Below, one piece after another: positions 43,718 to 54,430 of a DNA stretch of 64,000 nucleotides (its first letter is position 1; every line of letters starts with the position of its first letter). Made by a program: the position numbers and the translations under genes. The notes beneath the pieces were generated by a model, which saw nothing but the letters and a program-made list of their open reading frames with translations, made no database searches and had not been told where the DNA came from. This stretch comes from an uncultured Pelagibacteraceae bacterium (GTDB lineage: Bacteria; Pseudomonadota; Alphaproteobacteria; Pelagibacterales; Pelagibacteraceae), in assembly GCA_902634485.1 (NCBI GenBank), contig CACPKA010000007.1:13-64012 (forward strand), read 5' to 3'.

Positions 43718-44341
43718 ATGAATAATGTAGCATCAATCAACAAAAGATCGTTAGAAAGTATGATAAATGACTTTCATAAACAAGACATTAAATTCGATAT
43801 TAACAAGTTAAGAGAAGCTTGCAGCGAAGTTTTAAAAATAAAAGGGTTTGATACCAGTTTAGGCATACCACATTTTGCTGCTATTTCTTTAAATCAAATA
43901 CCTGGTGACCCTAGCTCTATTAAAGGTAATAAGGTAAGAGGTGTTTATTGGACAAAACCTGACTCATCAGGAAAAGAAGTGTCCAGAGATGTTAGTATTG
44001 ATGAAAGCAAATATACAGAGTTTGTAAATGATTTTAAGCATACTTATTTTAAAGAAGTATATGATCAATTATCTAAAAAATACAAATTAGGTAGAGTAAG
44101 ACTTCTATTAAAGGAGCCTAGATCAACTTTAAGTTGGCATAGAGATCCAGAGCCTAGACTTCATATACCAATATATACAAACCCAGGAGCTATAATGGTA
44201 ATTGATAAAACAGCTCATCACATGCCAGCTGATGGATCAGTTTGGGTTACAAATAATATTAAGTATCACAATGCTTTTAATGGAGGTGAAGAAAATAGAG
44301 TTCACTTAGTAGCTTGTGTTTTAGACTACAAATTCAATTAA
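43718..44341 (+). CDS. Uncharacterised 2OG-Fe(II) oxygenase, aspartyl/asparaginyl beta-hydroxylase-like
   Basis: GRVRLL..., WHRD (HxD), RLHIPIYTN, YHNAFNGG (distal His), NRVHLV (2OG-binding Arg); alternative start at ATG 43760. Confidence 0.75.
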   Translation: MNNVASINKRSLESMINDFHKQDIKFDINKLREACSEVLKIKGFDTSLGIPHFAAISLNQIPGDPSSIKGNKVRGVYWTKPDSSGKEVSRDVSIDESKYTEFVNDFKHTYFKEVYDQLSKKYKLGRVRLLLKEPRSTLSWHRDPEPRLHIPIYTNPGAIMVIDKTAHHMPADGSVWVTNNIKYHNAFNGGEENRVHLVACVLDYKFN

Positions 44342-44362
44342 TTTTAGTTTATATTTCTAATA

Positions 44363-44785
44363 TTGAATAATATTTATATTGCATCAGATCACGCTGGCTT
44401 CAAGTTAAAGAGATATTTAATTTTTAAATTTTCTAAAACAAAAAAAATTATCGATTTAGGTCCAAAATCTGATGTTTCAGTCGATTATCCAGAATTTGCA
44501 AAGAAACTATCAAAAAAAGTTGCATCTAAAAGAGGCAGTTTTGGAATACTGGTATGTGGATCAGGCATGGGCATGTCAATAACAGCAAATAAAACAAAAA
44601 ATATAAGAGCAGCTTTATGTTATAGTGATAAAAATACTAAATTATCACGATTGCATAATAATGCAAATATCATTACATTAGGAGAAAGATTGATTAGCAA
44701 GAAAAAAGCTTTTAATCTTGTTAAAATTTTTTTAGGTACAAAATTTGAAGGTGGTAGACACTTAAGAAGAATTAAAAAAATGTAA
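44363..44785 (+). CDS. rpiB: Ribose-5-phosphate isomerase B
   Basis: [30 protein letters not shown]. Confidence 0.96.
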   Translation: MNNIYIASDHAGFKLKRYLIFKFSKTKKIIDLGPKSDVSVDYPEFAKKLSKKVASKRGSFGILVCGSGMGMSITANKTKNIRAALCYSDKNTKLSRLHNNANIITLGERLISKKKAFNLVKIFLGTKFEGGRHLRRIKKM

Positions 44786-44789
44786 TATT

Positions 44790-46100
44790 ATGTCGAGTGA
44801 AAATAATTATTTAAATGACCAGTACAAAGGTTTTTTTGAAGACAGTTTGTCTAAAACAGACCCAGAATTGTATAAAGCAATTAGTGCCGAATTAAAAAGA
44901 CAACAGGAGCATATAGAATTGATTGCATCTGAAAATATTGTATCACAAGCAGTTCTAGAGGCTCAGGGATCTGTTTTGACAAATAAATATGCAGAAGGTT
45001 ATCCTGGTAAAAGATATTATAATGGTTGTGAACATGTTGATGTAGCTGAAAATCTTGCTATAGAAAGATTAAAAAAATTATTTAATTGTAAATTTGCAAA
45101 TGCTCAACCACATTCGGGCGCTCAAGCTAATGGAGCAGTTTTTTTAGCATTACTTAAACCTGGAGATACTTTTATGGGTATGAGTTTAAATTCTGGAGGA
45201 CATATAACTCACGGTTTAAAAATTTCTATGTCTGGAAAATGGTTTAATGCAGTTGGTTATGATGTTGATAGAGAATCTGAGCTTATAAATTATGATAATG
45301 TAGAAAAGATTGCTTTAGAACATAAACCTAAACTTATAATAGCTGGTGGTAGTGCTTATTCAAGAGTTATTGATTTTAAAAGATTTAGAGAAATAGCAGA
45401 TAAAGTTGGAGCGTATCTAATGGTTGATATGGCTCATTTCTCTGGCTTAGTAGCTGGTAAAGGATATCCTAACCCATGTGAATTTGCTCATGTTGTAACT
45501 TCAACTACTCATAAAGTTTTTAGAAGCGCAAGAGGAGGAATAATTCTAACTAATCATGAAGATTTAGCAAAAAAATTTAACACAGCTGTATTTCCAGGTT
45601 ATCAAGGAGGTCCTTTAATGCACATAATAGCAGCTAAAGCTGCTGGTTTTTTAGAAGCTTTAAGACCTGAATTTAAAGATTATATTAAATCTGTTTTATC
45701 AAATGCTAAAATGTTATCTGAAACTTTAAAAAATAATGGATTTAAAATTTATTCTGGTGGAACAGATTCTCATTTAATGTTAGTTGATTTAAGACCTTTT
45801 AATGTTAAAGGAAATTTAGCTGCTGAAAGTTTATCAAATGCTAATATTACTTGTAATAAGAATGGAATTCCTTTTGATAGCGAAAGCCCTATGATAACTT
45901 CTGGTATAAGGCTTGGAACACAAGCCGCAACAACAAGAGGTTTTGGTCTAAAAGAATTTGAAAAAGTAGGACATTTAATTACAAAAACAATTAAAGGTTT
46001 ATCTGTTAACCCAAATGACAATAGCAAGATTGAAGACGAAGTAAGAAAAGAAGTCGTAGATCTTTGTTCAAAATTTCCAATATATAAAAACCTAAGATAA
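44790..46100 (+). CDS. glyA: Serine hydroxymethyltransferase
   Basis: [32 protein letters not shown]. Confidence 0.99.
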   Translation: MSSENNYLNDQYKGFFEDSLSKTDPELYKAISAELKRQQEHIELIASENIVSQAVLEAQGSVLTNKYAEGYPGKRYYNGCEHVDVAENLAIERLKKLFNCKFANAQPHSGAQANGAVFLALLKPGDTFMGMSLNSGGHITHGLKISMSGKWFNAVGYDVDRESELINYDNVEKIALEHKPKLIIAGGSAYSRVIDFKRFREIADKVGAYLMVDMAHFSGLVAGKGYPNPCEFAHVVTSTTHKVFRSARGGIILTNHEDLAKKFNTAVFPGYQGGPLMHIIAAKAAGFLEALRPEFKDYIKSVLSNAKMLSETLKNNGFKIYSGGTDSHLMLVDLRPFNVKGNLAAESLSNANITCNKNGIPFDSESPMITSGIRLGTQAATTRGFGLKEFEKVGHLITKTIKGLSVNPNDNSKIEDEVRKEVVDLCSKFPIYKNLR

Positions 46101-46102
46101 AA

Positions 46103-46561
46103 ATGATTTGTTCTTCATGTAAAAAAGGCGAAACATCAGTGGTTGACTCTAGACCAACTGAAGATGGTACCGCTATAAGAAGAAGAAGACAATGTGTGTG
46201 CGGCAACAGATTTACAACATTTGAAAGAATTCAATATAGAGAATTAATTGTGATAAAAAAAAATGGAAGAAAATCGTCTTTTGATAGAGATAAACTAGCA
46301 AAATCTATCTACATAGCGTTAAAAAAAAGACCTATTGATACCGAAACTATTGAAAAATTTATAAGTAAAATATCAAGGTCTCTGGAAGAACTTGGCCAGG
46401 CTGAAATATCAAGCAATACAATAGGAACTATGGTCATGGAAGGTTTAAAAGAACTTGATCCAGTTGGTTATGTAAGATTTGCTTCAGTTTATAGAAATTT
46501 CAAAGAAGAAAAAGACTTTGTGCATTTCGTGGACAGGTTAGATGTCTACAAAAAAAGATAA
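46103..46561 (+). CDS. nrdR: Transcriptional repressor NrdR
   Basis: CxxC, VVDSR, IRRRRQC, RFTTFER, ATP cone, YVRFASVY. Confidence 0.96.
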   Translation: MICSSCKKGETSVVDSRPTEDGTAIRRRRQCVCGNRFTTFERIQYRELIVIKKNGRKSSFDRDKLAKSIYIALKKRPIDTETIEKFISKISRSLEELGQAEISSNTIGTMVMEGLKELDPVGYVRFASVYRNFKEEKDFVHFVDRLDVYKKR

Positions 46562-47648
46562 ATTTAATCTGAAAGATAGTTTTTATATGAAGCTTGCTAT
46601 TAATTTAGCAAGACAAAGATTAGGTCTTACTGGTGAAAACCCATCTGTTGGTTGTGTAATTGTCAGAAATAATGAATTATTATCTTTAGGACAAACAGGA
46701 TTCAATGGCAGACCTCACGCAGAAGTTAATGCAATTATAAATTCAAAGGTTAATTTAAAAGGTTCATCTTTATATGTGACATTAGAACCTTGCACTCATT
46801 ATGGCAAAACTAATCCATGTACAAATTTGATCATTAAATCAAAAATTAAAAAAGTTATATTTTCAATGTTTGATGTTGATGAGAGAACAAAGCATAAGTC
46901 ACTATCAATTTTAAGAAAAAAAAAAATAATTGTTAAATATGGTCTTTTAAAAAATGAAGCTTTAAAAATTTATAAACAGTATATTTTAAATAAAAAAAAA
47001 TCTTTACCATTTGTAGTAGGTAAAATTGCCATTTCAAAAGACAATTGTATTCATTCAACAAAAACAAAAAAAATTACCAACATTCATTCCGATAGTATTA
47101 GTCATTTATTAAGATATAAAAGTGATGCAATTCTAATATCTTCAAAAACTCTAAATATTGATAATCCAAAACTTAATTGTAGATTGAATGGATTGGAAAA
47201 TTTTTCGCCAAAACGAATAATATTAGATAAATTTTTATCTATTAAAAAAAATTCATTTATTTTTTTGACTTCAAAAAAAAATAATACAGTAATATTTTAT
47301 TGCAAAGGCTCATCTAAAAAAATTAGTCTTTTAAAAAAAAAGGGCATTATCCTAATAAATCTTAAACTAAATAAATATGGTCATTTTCATCTAAAAACAG
47401 TACTTAAAAAAATATTTTCAATAGGTTGCAGAAATTTACTTGTTGAAGGTGGTAAAAATTTAACTAATAATTTTTTAAAATATAATCTTTTTAATGAATT
47501 TTATTTATTTAAAAGTAAAAAAAATTCAAATGGTAAAAATAAATTAAATATAACAAGTGAGTTGAAACTATTATCTAATAAATATAAAAATAAATCTAAA
47601 TTAAATTCTTTTACAAATGATGATGTAATTGAAATTTATACTAAATAA
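46542..47648 (+). CDS. ribD: Riboflavin biosynthesis deaminase/reductase
   Basis: [31 protein letters not shown]. Confidence 0.94.
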   Translation: MSTKKDKFNLKDSFYMKLAINLARQRLGLTGENPSVGCVIVRNNELLSLGQTGFNGRPHAEVNAIINSKVNLKGSSLYVTLEPCTHYGKTNPCTNLIIKSKIKKVIFSMFDVDERTKHKSLSILRKKKIIVKYGLLKNEALKIYKQYILNKKKSLPFVVGKIAISKDNCIHSTKTKKITNIHSDSISHLLRYKSDAILISSKTLNIDNPKLNCRLNGLENFSPKRIILDKFLSIKKNSFIFLTSKKNNTVIFYCKGSSKKISLLKKKGIILINLKLNKYGHFHLKTVLKKIFSIGCRNLLVEGGKNLTNNFLKYNLFNEFYLFKSKKNSNGKNKLNITSELKLLSNKYKNKSKLNSFTNDDVIEIYTK

Positions 47649-47649
47649 A

Positions 47650-48240
47650 ATGTTTAACGGTATCATATTTAACCAGGGTATAATAAAAAAAATAATTAAA
47701 AGAAAAAATGGTCTAAATATTTTTATTAATACTAAATTAAAAGTATCAAATAACGATATAGGCATATCTATATCCTGTGATGGGGTATGTTTAACTTTAA
47801 TTAAAAAGAAAAAAAATATACTAGAATTTTATTTATCAAAAGAAACAATAAATAGATCCAAATTCAAAAAAATTAAAATTGGTGATAAAATTAATTTAGA
47901 ACTTCCTTTAAAATTTGGAAAAACTATATCGGGACATATAACTCAAGGTCATGTTGACTTTGTTTCAAAAGTTTTATTAATCAGAAAAATTGATAAATCT
48001 TATTTATTTGAGTTTTCCCTAGATGATAAAGAAAAAAAGAATTTAGTTGAAAAGGCATCTATATCTATAAATGGCGTTTCATTAACTATTTCAAAAATAA
48101 CAAAAAAAGGTTTTCAAGTTTGGATTATTCCGCATACTATCAAATTAACAAATTTATCTAGTTTAAAAAGAAATGATTTTGTTAATATTGAAATAGATAT
48201 TCTTTCAAAATATGTAAGGAATTATTTTAATGAAAAATAA
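47650..48240 (+). CDS. ribE: Riboflavin synthase (alpha chain)
   Basis: MFNGII, DGVCLT, GHITQGHVD, NGVSLT, IIPHT, VNIEID; start set at ATG 47650. Confidence 0.94.
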   Translation: MFNGIIFNQGIIKKIIKRKNGLNIFINTKLKVSNNDIGISISCDGVCLTLIKKKKNILEFYLSKETINRSKFKKIKIGDKINLELPLKFGKTISGHITQGHVDFVSKVLLIRKIDKSYLFEFSLDDKEKKNLVEKASISINGVSLTISKITKKGFQVWIIPHTIKLTNLSSLKRNDFVNIEIDILSKYVRNYFNEK

Positions 48241-49333
48241 AAATTTTAGTTCAATTGAATCAATAATAAAAACAGCTAAAAAAGGTGAAATGTATATTCT
48301 CGTAGATGATGAAAATAGGGAGAACGAAGGTGATCTAGTTGTGCCAGCTTCAAATGTAACGAGTAAAAAAATTAATTTTATGGCAAAAAATGGAAGAGGT
48401 TTGATTTGTTTATCTTTAACAAATAAACAAGCAAAAAAATTAAATCTATCTTTAATGTCACCAGTTAATAAATCAAGAAATCAAACAGCTTTTACAATAT
48501 CTATAGAAGCAAGAAAAGGTGTTACAACAGGAATTTCTGCTAGGGATAGATCTGTTACTATTAAAGCGGCAATAAATTCTAAAGTTAAAAAAAATGATAT
48601 TGTATCACCAGGACATATATTTCCAATCATTTCAAAAGATGGTGGAGTTCTAGTAAGGGCAGGCCATACTGAAGCCTCTGTAGATATATCTAAACTAGCA
48701 AATAAAAATCCATCAGCAGTAATTTGCGAAATAATGAATGATAAAGGAATAATGGCAAAAGGTGATGAATTATTTAAATTTTCAAAAAAACATAAATTAA
48801 AAATAGGAAGAATTGATGATCTCATTGCCTATAGACTAAAGGAAGAAAAATTAATTAAAATTAAAAAAAAATCAAATATAGAAGTTAAAGGTAAAAAATA
48901 TTCAATAAGAATATTTGAAAACTTATTGGATGGATCTGAGCATTTTGCTCTTATAAAAGGAAAAATTAAAAAAGGAATAGTACCAAGAGTTAGAGTTATT
49001 TCATCCAATGTTGTCCAAAATTATCTATTGAATCAAAATTTACCAAATTCTTTTAATAACACCCTAAATCATTTTAAAAGATTCAATAATTGTGTGCTTG
49101 TATTTATAAGGGACACAAATCTAAAATCTGTCTCTCAGACTTTGCGTGACTATAAAAGCAAAGGTTTTTACAAAAAAGGAAAAGATAAATTGATCAAGAA
49201 CTATGGTATAGGTGCACAGATTATTAAATCTTTACAGATAAAGAATATGATATTAGTAACTAGATCTAGAAAAAAAGTAGTTGGCTTAGATGGCTATGGA
49301 ATTAAAATAGTTAAACAGGAAATAATTAAATGA
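48230..49333 (+). CDS. ribB: 3,4-dihydroxy-2-butanone-4-phosphate synthase fused to a degenerate GTP cyclohydrolase II-like domain (RibBX type)
   Basis: DDENRENEGD, TGISARDR, RAGHTEA, CEIMN; C-domain lacks the Zn-binding Cys but keeps YGIGAQI. Confidence 0.92.
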   Translation: MKNKNFSSIESIIKTAKKGEMYILVDDENRENEGDLVVPASNVTSKKINFMAKNGRGLICLSLTNKQAKKLNLSLMSPVNKSRNQTAFTISIEARKGVTTGISARDRSVTIKAAINSKVKKNDIVSPGHIFPIISKDGGVLVRAGHTEASVDISKLANKNPSAVICEIMNDKGIMAKGDELFKFSKKHKLKIGRIDDLIAYRLKEEKLIKIKKKSNIEVKGKKYSIRIFENLLDGSEHFALIKGKIKKGIVPRVRVISSNVVQNYLLNQNLPNSFNNTLNHFKRFNNCVLVFIRDTNLKSVSQTLRDYKSKGFYKKGKDKLIKNYGIGAQIIKSLQIKNMILVTRSRKKVVGLDGYGIKIVKQEIIK

Positions 49334-49743
49334 AAAAAAAAATACTAATTGTTTTTTCCGATTATTATAAAGAAATATCGGATAATTTATTAGACAGTGC
49401 TCTTAAACATTTACAAAAAACTTATAATTTAAATTTGATAAATAAATACGTAGTTATTACAAGTGTTCCTGGTGTATTTGAAATTCCTGTTACAATTGCC
49501 ACAAGAATAAAAAAGTATGATGGTTTTATAGCATTAGGATGTGTAATAAAAGGTCAAACACCTCACTTTGATTTTATTTCGAGAGCTACTACAGATGCAA
49601 TAATGAGATTATCTGTAGATTATAAAAAACCTATTGGTAATGGAATAATTACATGTTTGAATAAAAAACAAGCTATAGTTAGATCTAAAAAAAAAGGCCA
49701 GGAAGCGGCAAATGCTGTTGGTTTAGTTTTAGAAAAATTATAA
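49330..49743 (+). CDS. ribH: 6,7-dimethyl-8-ribityllumazine synthase
   Basis: VPGVFEIP, LGCVIKGQTPHFD, KGQEAA. Confidence 0.95.
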   Translation: MKKKILIVFSDYYKEISDNLLDSALKHLQKTYNLNLINKYVVITSVPGVFEIPVTIATRIKKYDGFIALGCVIKGQTPHFDFISRATTDAIMRLSVDYKKPIGNGIITCLNKKQAIVRSKKKGQEAANAVGLVLEKL

Positions 49744-49744
49744 A

Positions 49745-50149
49745 ATGAACTTACAATATAGTCCAAAAAACAATCCAAGAGTTATAGTTATCCAGAAACT
49801 TTATGGAAAGTATTTTAATGAAGAAGAAAAGTTAACTTTTCCAAAACATAGATTCAAAAAATTTATAAAAGATGTAGTAAACGGCACTATAGAGAGAGAT
49901 AGTATAATTAACGAAGAATTGAATTTGCATTTAAAAGAAGATCTAGTCATGTCTCACCTGGATAAATTATTTCAGGTTATAATTAAATGCGCTGTATTCG
50001 AATTTTTATACAAACCAAATACTTCATCTAAAATCATTATTAAAGAATACTTAATTGCTTCTAATGAATTTTTAGAAGATTCTCAAACAAAATATTTAAA
50101 CGCTTTATTAGATAAAATCTCAAAAAAACTTAGAAGTAAAAATGAATGA
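49745..50149 (+). CDS. nusB: Transcription antitermination factor NusB
   Basis: Helical 134 aa protein, IIIKEY, YLNALLDKI; ribH-nusB-thiL synteny. Confidence 0.85.
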   Translation: MNLQYSPKNNPRVIVIQKLYGKYFNEEEKLTFPKHRFKKFIKDVVNGTIERDSIINEELNLHLKEDLVMSHLDKLFQVIIKCAVFEFLYKPNTSSKIIIKEYLIASNEFLEDSQTKYLNALLDKISKKLRSKNE

Positions 50150-51101
50150 ATTTGAATTAATACAAAATTATTTTCAAAAAATTTCTAAAAATAATCCCGC
50201 AGCAATAAAATTAAATGATGATATTTTTTTCGATAAAAAAAATAAATTAGCCGTATCTATAGATACATATAATGAGAAAATTCATTTTCCTGATTTTAAA
50301 AAACCCCATTTAATTATAAAAAAAATTATAAGATCTTCAATATCAGACCTCATATCTAAAGGTGTTAAGCCAGTCTATTTTTTTGTTTCTGGTAGTGGTA
50401 ATAAAAAATCATTTTCGAAAAAAAACTTAAAATTAATTAGTAGTTCGTTAAAAAAAGAACAAAAAAAATATGATATAAAATTATCAGGTGGTGATACGAC
50501 TAACTCTAATAAAGTATCTTTTTCAATTACAACGCTCGGATTTGCAAAAAAAATTATAGAACGAAATAAAGCTAAAATAAATGATGATATATATGTAACA
50601 GGAAATATTGGTGATAGTTTTATGGGCCTAAAAATAATTAAAAATAAATTAAATATAAATTCAAAGTTTAAAAAATATTTTTTAAATAAATATTATGAAC
50701 CCGATCTACCTTTTAGAATTTATAAATATATTAATAAATTTGCTAATACGTCAATGGATATTTCTGATGGTCTAATTTCTGATATGTATAAGTTAATTAA
50801 TATGCAAAATTTATCTTTTGAAATTGATATTAATAAGGTGCCTATTTCAAATTATTTGAATTTTTATTTAAAAAATAATAGAAAAAAAAAATATAACTTC
50901 ATTTATAATGGAGATGATTATCAAGTTTTATTTACAGCCCCTCTTAAAAAAAGAAATTTAATCAAAAAAATATCAAAAAAAATGAATCAAAAAATTACAA
51001 GAATTGGTAAAATAAATAATCCAAATAAAGAAAATTTAATTATATTTAAAAATAAACCTCTAAATCTTGCTTATTTTGAAGGTTATTCACATAAGTTTTA
51101 A
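50142..51101 (+). CDS. thiL: Thiamine-monophosphate kinase
   Basis: MNEFELIQNYF, SDL..KG, GGDT, MDISDGL, GDDYQVLF. Confidence 0.92.
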   Translation: MNEFELIQNYFQKISKNNPAAIKLNDDIFFDKKNKLAVSIDTYNEKIHFPDFKKPHLIIKKIIRSSISDLISKGVKPVYFFVSGSGNKKSFSKKNLKLISSSLKKEQKKYDIKLSGGDTTNSNKVSFSITTLGFAKKIIERNKAKINDDIYVTGNIGDSFMGLKIIKNKLNINSKFKKYFLNKYYEPDLPFRIYKYINKFANTSMDISDGLISDMYKLINMQNLSFEIDINKVPISNYLNFYLKNNRKKKYNFIYNGDDYQVLFTAPLKKRNLIKKISKKMNQKITRIGKINNPNKENLIIFKNKPLNLAYFEGYSHKF

Positions 51102-51113
51102 AAAAGTTAAATA

Positions 51114-51180
51114 TTGCCTTTTATTCTCTTTTTTGTATTGTCCGTTTTTTACAATTACTAAATAAAAATTAATTAAAGGA
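51114..51180 (+). promoter_or_regulatory. Putative promoter and RBS of hppA
   Basis: TTGCCT-N16-TATTGT, then AAAGGA 3 nt before ATG 51184. Confidence 0.45.
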
Positions 51181-51183
51181 TTT

Positions 51184-53292
51184 ATGGAAACATCAGCATC
51201 AAATATACTTCAACTAATAATTTTATCGGGTTTATTATCAATAGTTTATGGTTTTTTTACTGGGAAAAACATTTTAAGTTCTAGCGCGGGAAGCCCTAAG
51301 ATGCAGGAAATAGCTTCAGCCATACAAATAGGAGCTAAGGCATATCTAAATAGACAATACAAAACAATAGCTATTGTTGGTGTTTTTGTTTTGGTTATAA
51401 TTACTTTTGCATTTAGTATTTTAGTTGGAATTGGATATTTAATTGGTGCTACTTTATCTGGAATAGCTGGATATGTTGGTATGCTTGTATCAGTTCAGGC
51501 AAACGTAAGAACTGCAGAAGCTTCAAGAAAAGGTTTGTCGCAAGGTCTTTCAATAGCTTTTAAATCTGGTGCTGTTACTGGCATGTTAGTTGCTGGACTA
51601 GCACTTTTATCAATAGCAGTATATTATTATTTATTATTATCATTTGGTGTAGAAGAAAGAGAAATTGTTAATGCATTGGTTGCATTAGGTTTTGGTGCTT
51701 CATTAATTTCTATTTTTGCAAGGTTAGGTGGTGGAATTTTTACAAAAGGTGCAGACGTAGGTGCTGATTTAGTTGGTAAAGTTGAAGCCGGTATTCCAGA
51801 AGACGATCCAAGAAATCCTGCAGTAATAGCAGATAATGTAGGAGATAATGTTGGTGATTGTGCAGGTATGGCAGCTGATTTATTTGAAACATATGCTGTT
51901 ACAATAGTAGCCACTATGGTTTTATCATCTATTTTCTTTCATGGAGATCTTAATATGATGGTTTATCCATTATCAATTGGTGGTGCTTGCATATTGACAT
52001 CTATTATTGGAACTTTTTTTGTTAAACTAGGAAAATCAAAAAATATTATGGCTGCTTTATATAAAGGTTTTATTGTAACTGCAATTACTTCATTAGTAAT
52101 TTTATATCCAATTACTGATTATGTTTTAGGTTTAGATAGCAATTATTCAATTTCTGATAAATCATTCACAGGAATGAGCTTGTATATTTGTGGAGCTATT
52201 GGTTTGGTTATAACTGGATTGCTAATTTGGGTTACAGAATATTATACTGGAACAAATTATAGACCCGTAAAAAGTGTTGCCTCTTCATCTACTACTGGAC
52301 ATGGAACTAATGTAATTCAAGGTTTAGCAGTTTCAATGGAAGCAACAGCTATACCAGCATTAATTATAGTTGGTGGCATTTTATTAACAAATCATATTGC
52401 AGGATTATTTGGAATTGCAATTGCTGTAACCACTATGTTGGCACTAGCAGGAATGGTAGTTGCTCTTGATGCATATGGACCTGTGACTGATAACGCAGGT
52501 GGAATAGCTGAAATGTCTAATTTGCCAAAAAATGTAAGAAAAACTACTGATGCTTTGGATGCCGTCGGTAATACTACAAAAGCCGTTACTAAGGGATACG
52601 CAATAGGTTCTGCAGGTTTAGGTGCTTTGGTCTTATTTGCTGCTTACACTGAAGATATTAAACATTTTTCAAGTGTCGCAGGATCAAACTTAGAAGGAAT
52701 TGTTGTAACTTTTGATTTATCTAATCCTTTCGTCGTTGTTGGTTTATTAGTTGGAGGTATGCTTCCTTACCTATTTGGTTCAATGGGCATGCAAGCTGTT
52801 GGTAGAGCAGGTGGCGCCGTTGTTATTGAAGTAAGAAGACAATTTAAAAAAATTCCTGGAATTATGAAAAGAAAATCAAAACCAGATTATGGAAGATTAG
52901 TTGATCTACTAACTAAAGCAGCTATTAGAGAAATGGTTGTTCCATCTTTATTACCAGTGTTGTCTCCAATTGTTTTATATTTCTTTATTCTTCCAATTGG
53001 AGGTCAAGTAGCAGCTTTGTCAGCAGTTGGCGCAATGTTACTTGGGGTTATAATAACTGGTTTGTTTGTGGCAATATCTATGACTGCAGGTGGTGGTGCT
53101 TGGGATAATGCAAAAAAATATATTGAAGATGGTAATTATGGTGGCAAAGGGTCAGAAGCTCATAAAGCTGCAGTGACTGGTGATACGGTAGGAGATCCTT
53201 ATAAAGATACAGCAGGACCAGCAGTCAATCCAATGATCAAGATAACAAATATAGTTGCTTTATTATTATTAGCAGTTATTGCTGGTTCTTAA
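51184..53292 (+). CDS. hppA: Membrane-bound proton-translocating pyrophosphatase (K+-independent type)
   Basis: [42 protein letters not shown]. Confidence 0.97.
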   Translation: METSASNILQLIILSGLLSIVYGFFTGKNILSSSAGSPKMQEIASAIQIGAKAYLNRQYKTIAIVGVFVLVIITFAFSILVGIGYLIGATLSGIAGYVGMLVSVQANVRTAEASRKGLSQGLSIAFKSGAVTGMLVAGLALLSIAVYYYLLLSFGVEEREIVNALVALGFGASLISIFARLGGGIFTKGADVGADLVGKVEAGIPEDDPRNPAVIADNVGDNVGDCAGMAADLFETYAVTIVATMVLSSIFFHGDLNMMVYPLSIGGACILTSIIGTFFVKLGKSKNIMAALYKGFIVTAITSLVILYPITDYVLGLDSNYSISDKSFTGMSLYICGAIGLVITGLLIWVTEYYTGTNYRPVKSVASSSTTGHGTNVIQGLAVSMEATAIPALIIVGGILLTNHIAGLFGIAIAVTTMLALAGMVVALDAYGPVTDNAGGIAEMSNLPKNVRKTTDALDAVGNTTKAVTKGYAIGSAGLGALVLFAAYTEDIKHFSSVAGSNLEGIVVTFDLSNPFVVVGLLVGGMLPYLFGSMGMQAVGRAGGAVVIEVRRQFKKIPGIMKRKSKPDYGRLVDLLTKAAIREMVVPSLLPVLSPIVLYFFILPIGGQVAALSAVGAMLLGVIITGLFVAISMTAGGGAWDNAKKYIEDGNYGGKGSEAHKAAVTGDTVGDPYKDTAGPAVNPMIKITNIVALLLLAVIAGS

Positions 53293-53755
53293 TTTTTTTT
53301 CTTTTTTTGGCTCGAACTCCTAAAGGATCATTAACTTTTTGCCTCATACTAGATAAAAAATCATAGACAAAAGATCTTTTAGAATAAGCTATATCAGTTT
53401 CATCTTTAACAAATTCAATTTGTTTCATATTTTCAATATTGTAAAATTTTTTAAGTGTTAATAAACCCATATTATCAATTTCAAGCACGAGGACGTTGTT
53501 AACATAGGTTTTTTTTATCCCAAATTTTTTAGTTGATCTAGTTTTTTTTCTTTCTATATAAATCCAAAGATCATTATCGAAACTACTTTTTGTTGATGGA
53601 GGACCTAATAAATTTAATACATCATTTACGTTTGATACATTAACTTCAAGTTTGTTTTGCTTTTTTTCTAAAAAATGGGCCCCGTGGTTATCAACTACTG
53701 GACTTAATTTACAACTTGCTATAAATAAAAAAATTATAAATAATAGTATTTTCAT
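53276..53755 (-). CDS. bamE: Outer membrane assembly lipoprotein BamE/OmlA family
   Basis: Lipobox [20 protein letters not shown]; divergent from the cbp3-like gene as in other alphaproteobacteria. Confidence 0.82.
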   Translation of the reverse strand: MKILLFIIFLFIASCKLSPVVDNHGAHFLEKKQNKLEVNVSNVNDVLNLLGPPSTKSSFDNDLWIYIERKKTRSTKKFGIKKTYVNNVLVLEIDNMGLLTLKKFYNIENMKQIEFVKDETDIAYSKRSFVYDFLSSMRQKVNDPLGVRAKKRKKIKNQQ

Positions 53756-53756
53756 A

Positions 53757-54230
53757 ATGAGCAATAAATATATTAATTTTTATAACAATTTAATGAATTT
53801 AACTAGAAATAAAACATTATATGAAAAATTTACAAATCAAGATACTTTTTCTGATAGATTGCTCATATTTTTATTCCATTTTGCTTTTTTCTTAAATATT
53901 TTTAAAACTCATTCAGATAAACAACAAATACAAGAGATATTTGATTATATATTTAAGCAGTTGGAGATCAGTATAAGAGAAATTGGCTATGGCGATGCTT
54001 CAATTAATAAACAAATGAAAAATTATATAAACACTTTTTATTCAATTTTGAAAAATATTGAAAATTGGGAAAAATTAGATGAACCAAAAAAAAATGAAAT
54101 TTTTGAAAATTATTTAAATGTGAAAAAAGAAACTTCATATATAGCTAAATACTTTGAAAATTACAGAAATTTTTTAAAAAAAAGTTCTTTTAATTCTCAT
54201 ATAAAAGGTGTAATTAAACCTAATTTTTAA
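53757..54230 (+). CDS. Ubiquinol-cytochrome c chaperone (Cbp3-like) family protein
   Basis: QDTFSDR..., [17 protein letters not shown] motif; start ATG 53757 (MSNKY). Confidence 0.8.
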   Translation: MSNKYINFYNNLMNLTRNKTLYEKFTNQDTFSDRLLIFLFHFAFFLNIFKTHSDKQQIQEIFDYIFKQLEISIREIGYGDASINKQMKNYINTFYSILKNIENWEKLDEPKKNEIFENYLNVKKETSYIAKYFENYRNFLKKSSFNSHIKGVIKPNF

Positions 54231-54232
54231 TT

Positions 54233-54412
54233 ATGGCTGTACCTAAACGTAAAACAACCCCGTCAAGATCTGGTAAAAGAAGATCTCATATTAAGTTTTC
54301 AACTAAAAATATAGTTGAGGATAAAAAGTCAGGAGAATATAGACTTTCACATCATATAGATCGAAAAACAGGCATGTATAATGGTAGACAAATCTTAGAC
54401 CCTAAGGATTAA
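54233..54412 (+). CDS. rpmF: 50S ribosomal protein L32 (59 aa; missing from the ORF track)
   Basis: Hand translation [59 protein letters not shown]; upstream of plsX. Confidence 0.97.
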   Translation: MAVPKRKTTPSRSGKRRSHIKFSTKNIVEDKKSGEYRLSHHIDRKTGMYNGRQILDPKD

Positions 54413-54430
54413 ATAAACTATAATAAGTTA

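Noticed and set aside
44786-46560. Glycine, ZTP or FMN riboswitch ahead of glyA or the rib genes
   Set aside because: Gaps are 4 nt or less, or the genes overlap, so there is no room; the soxB upstream region is likewise too short and AT-rich
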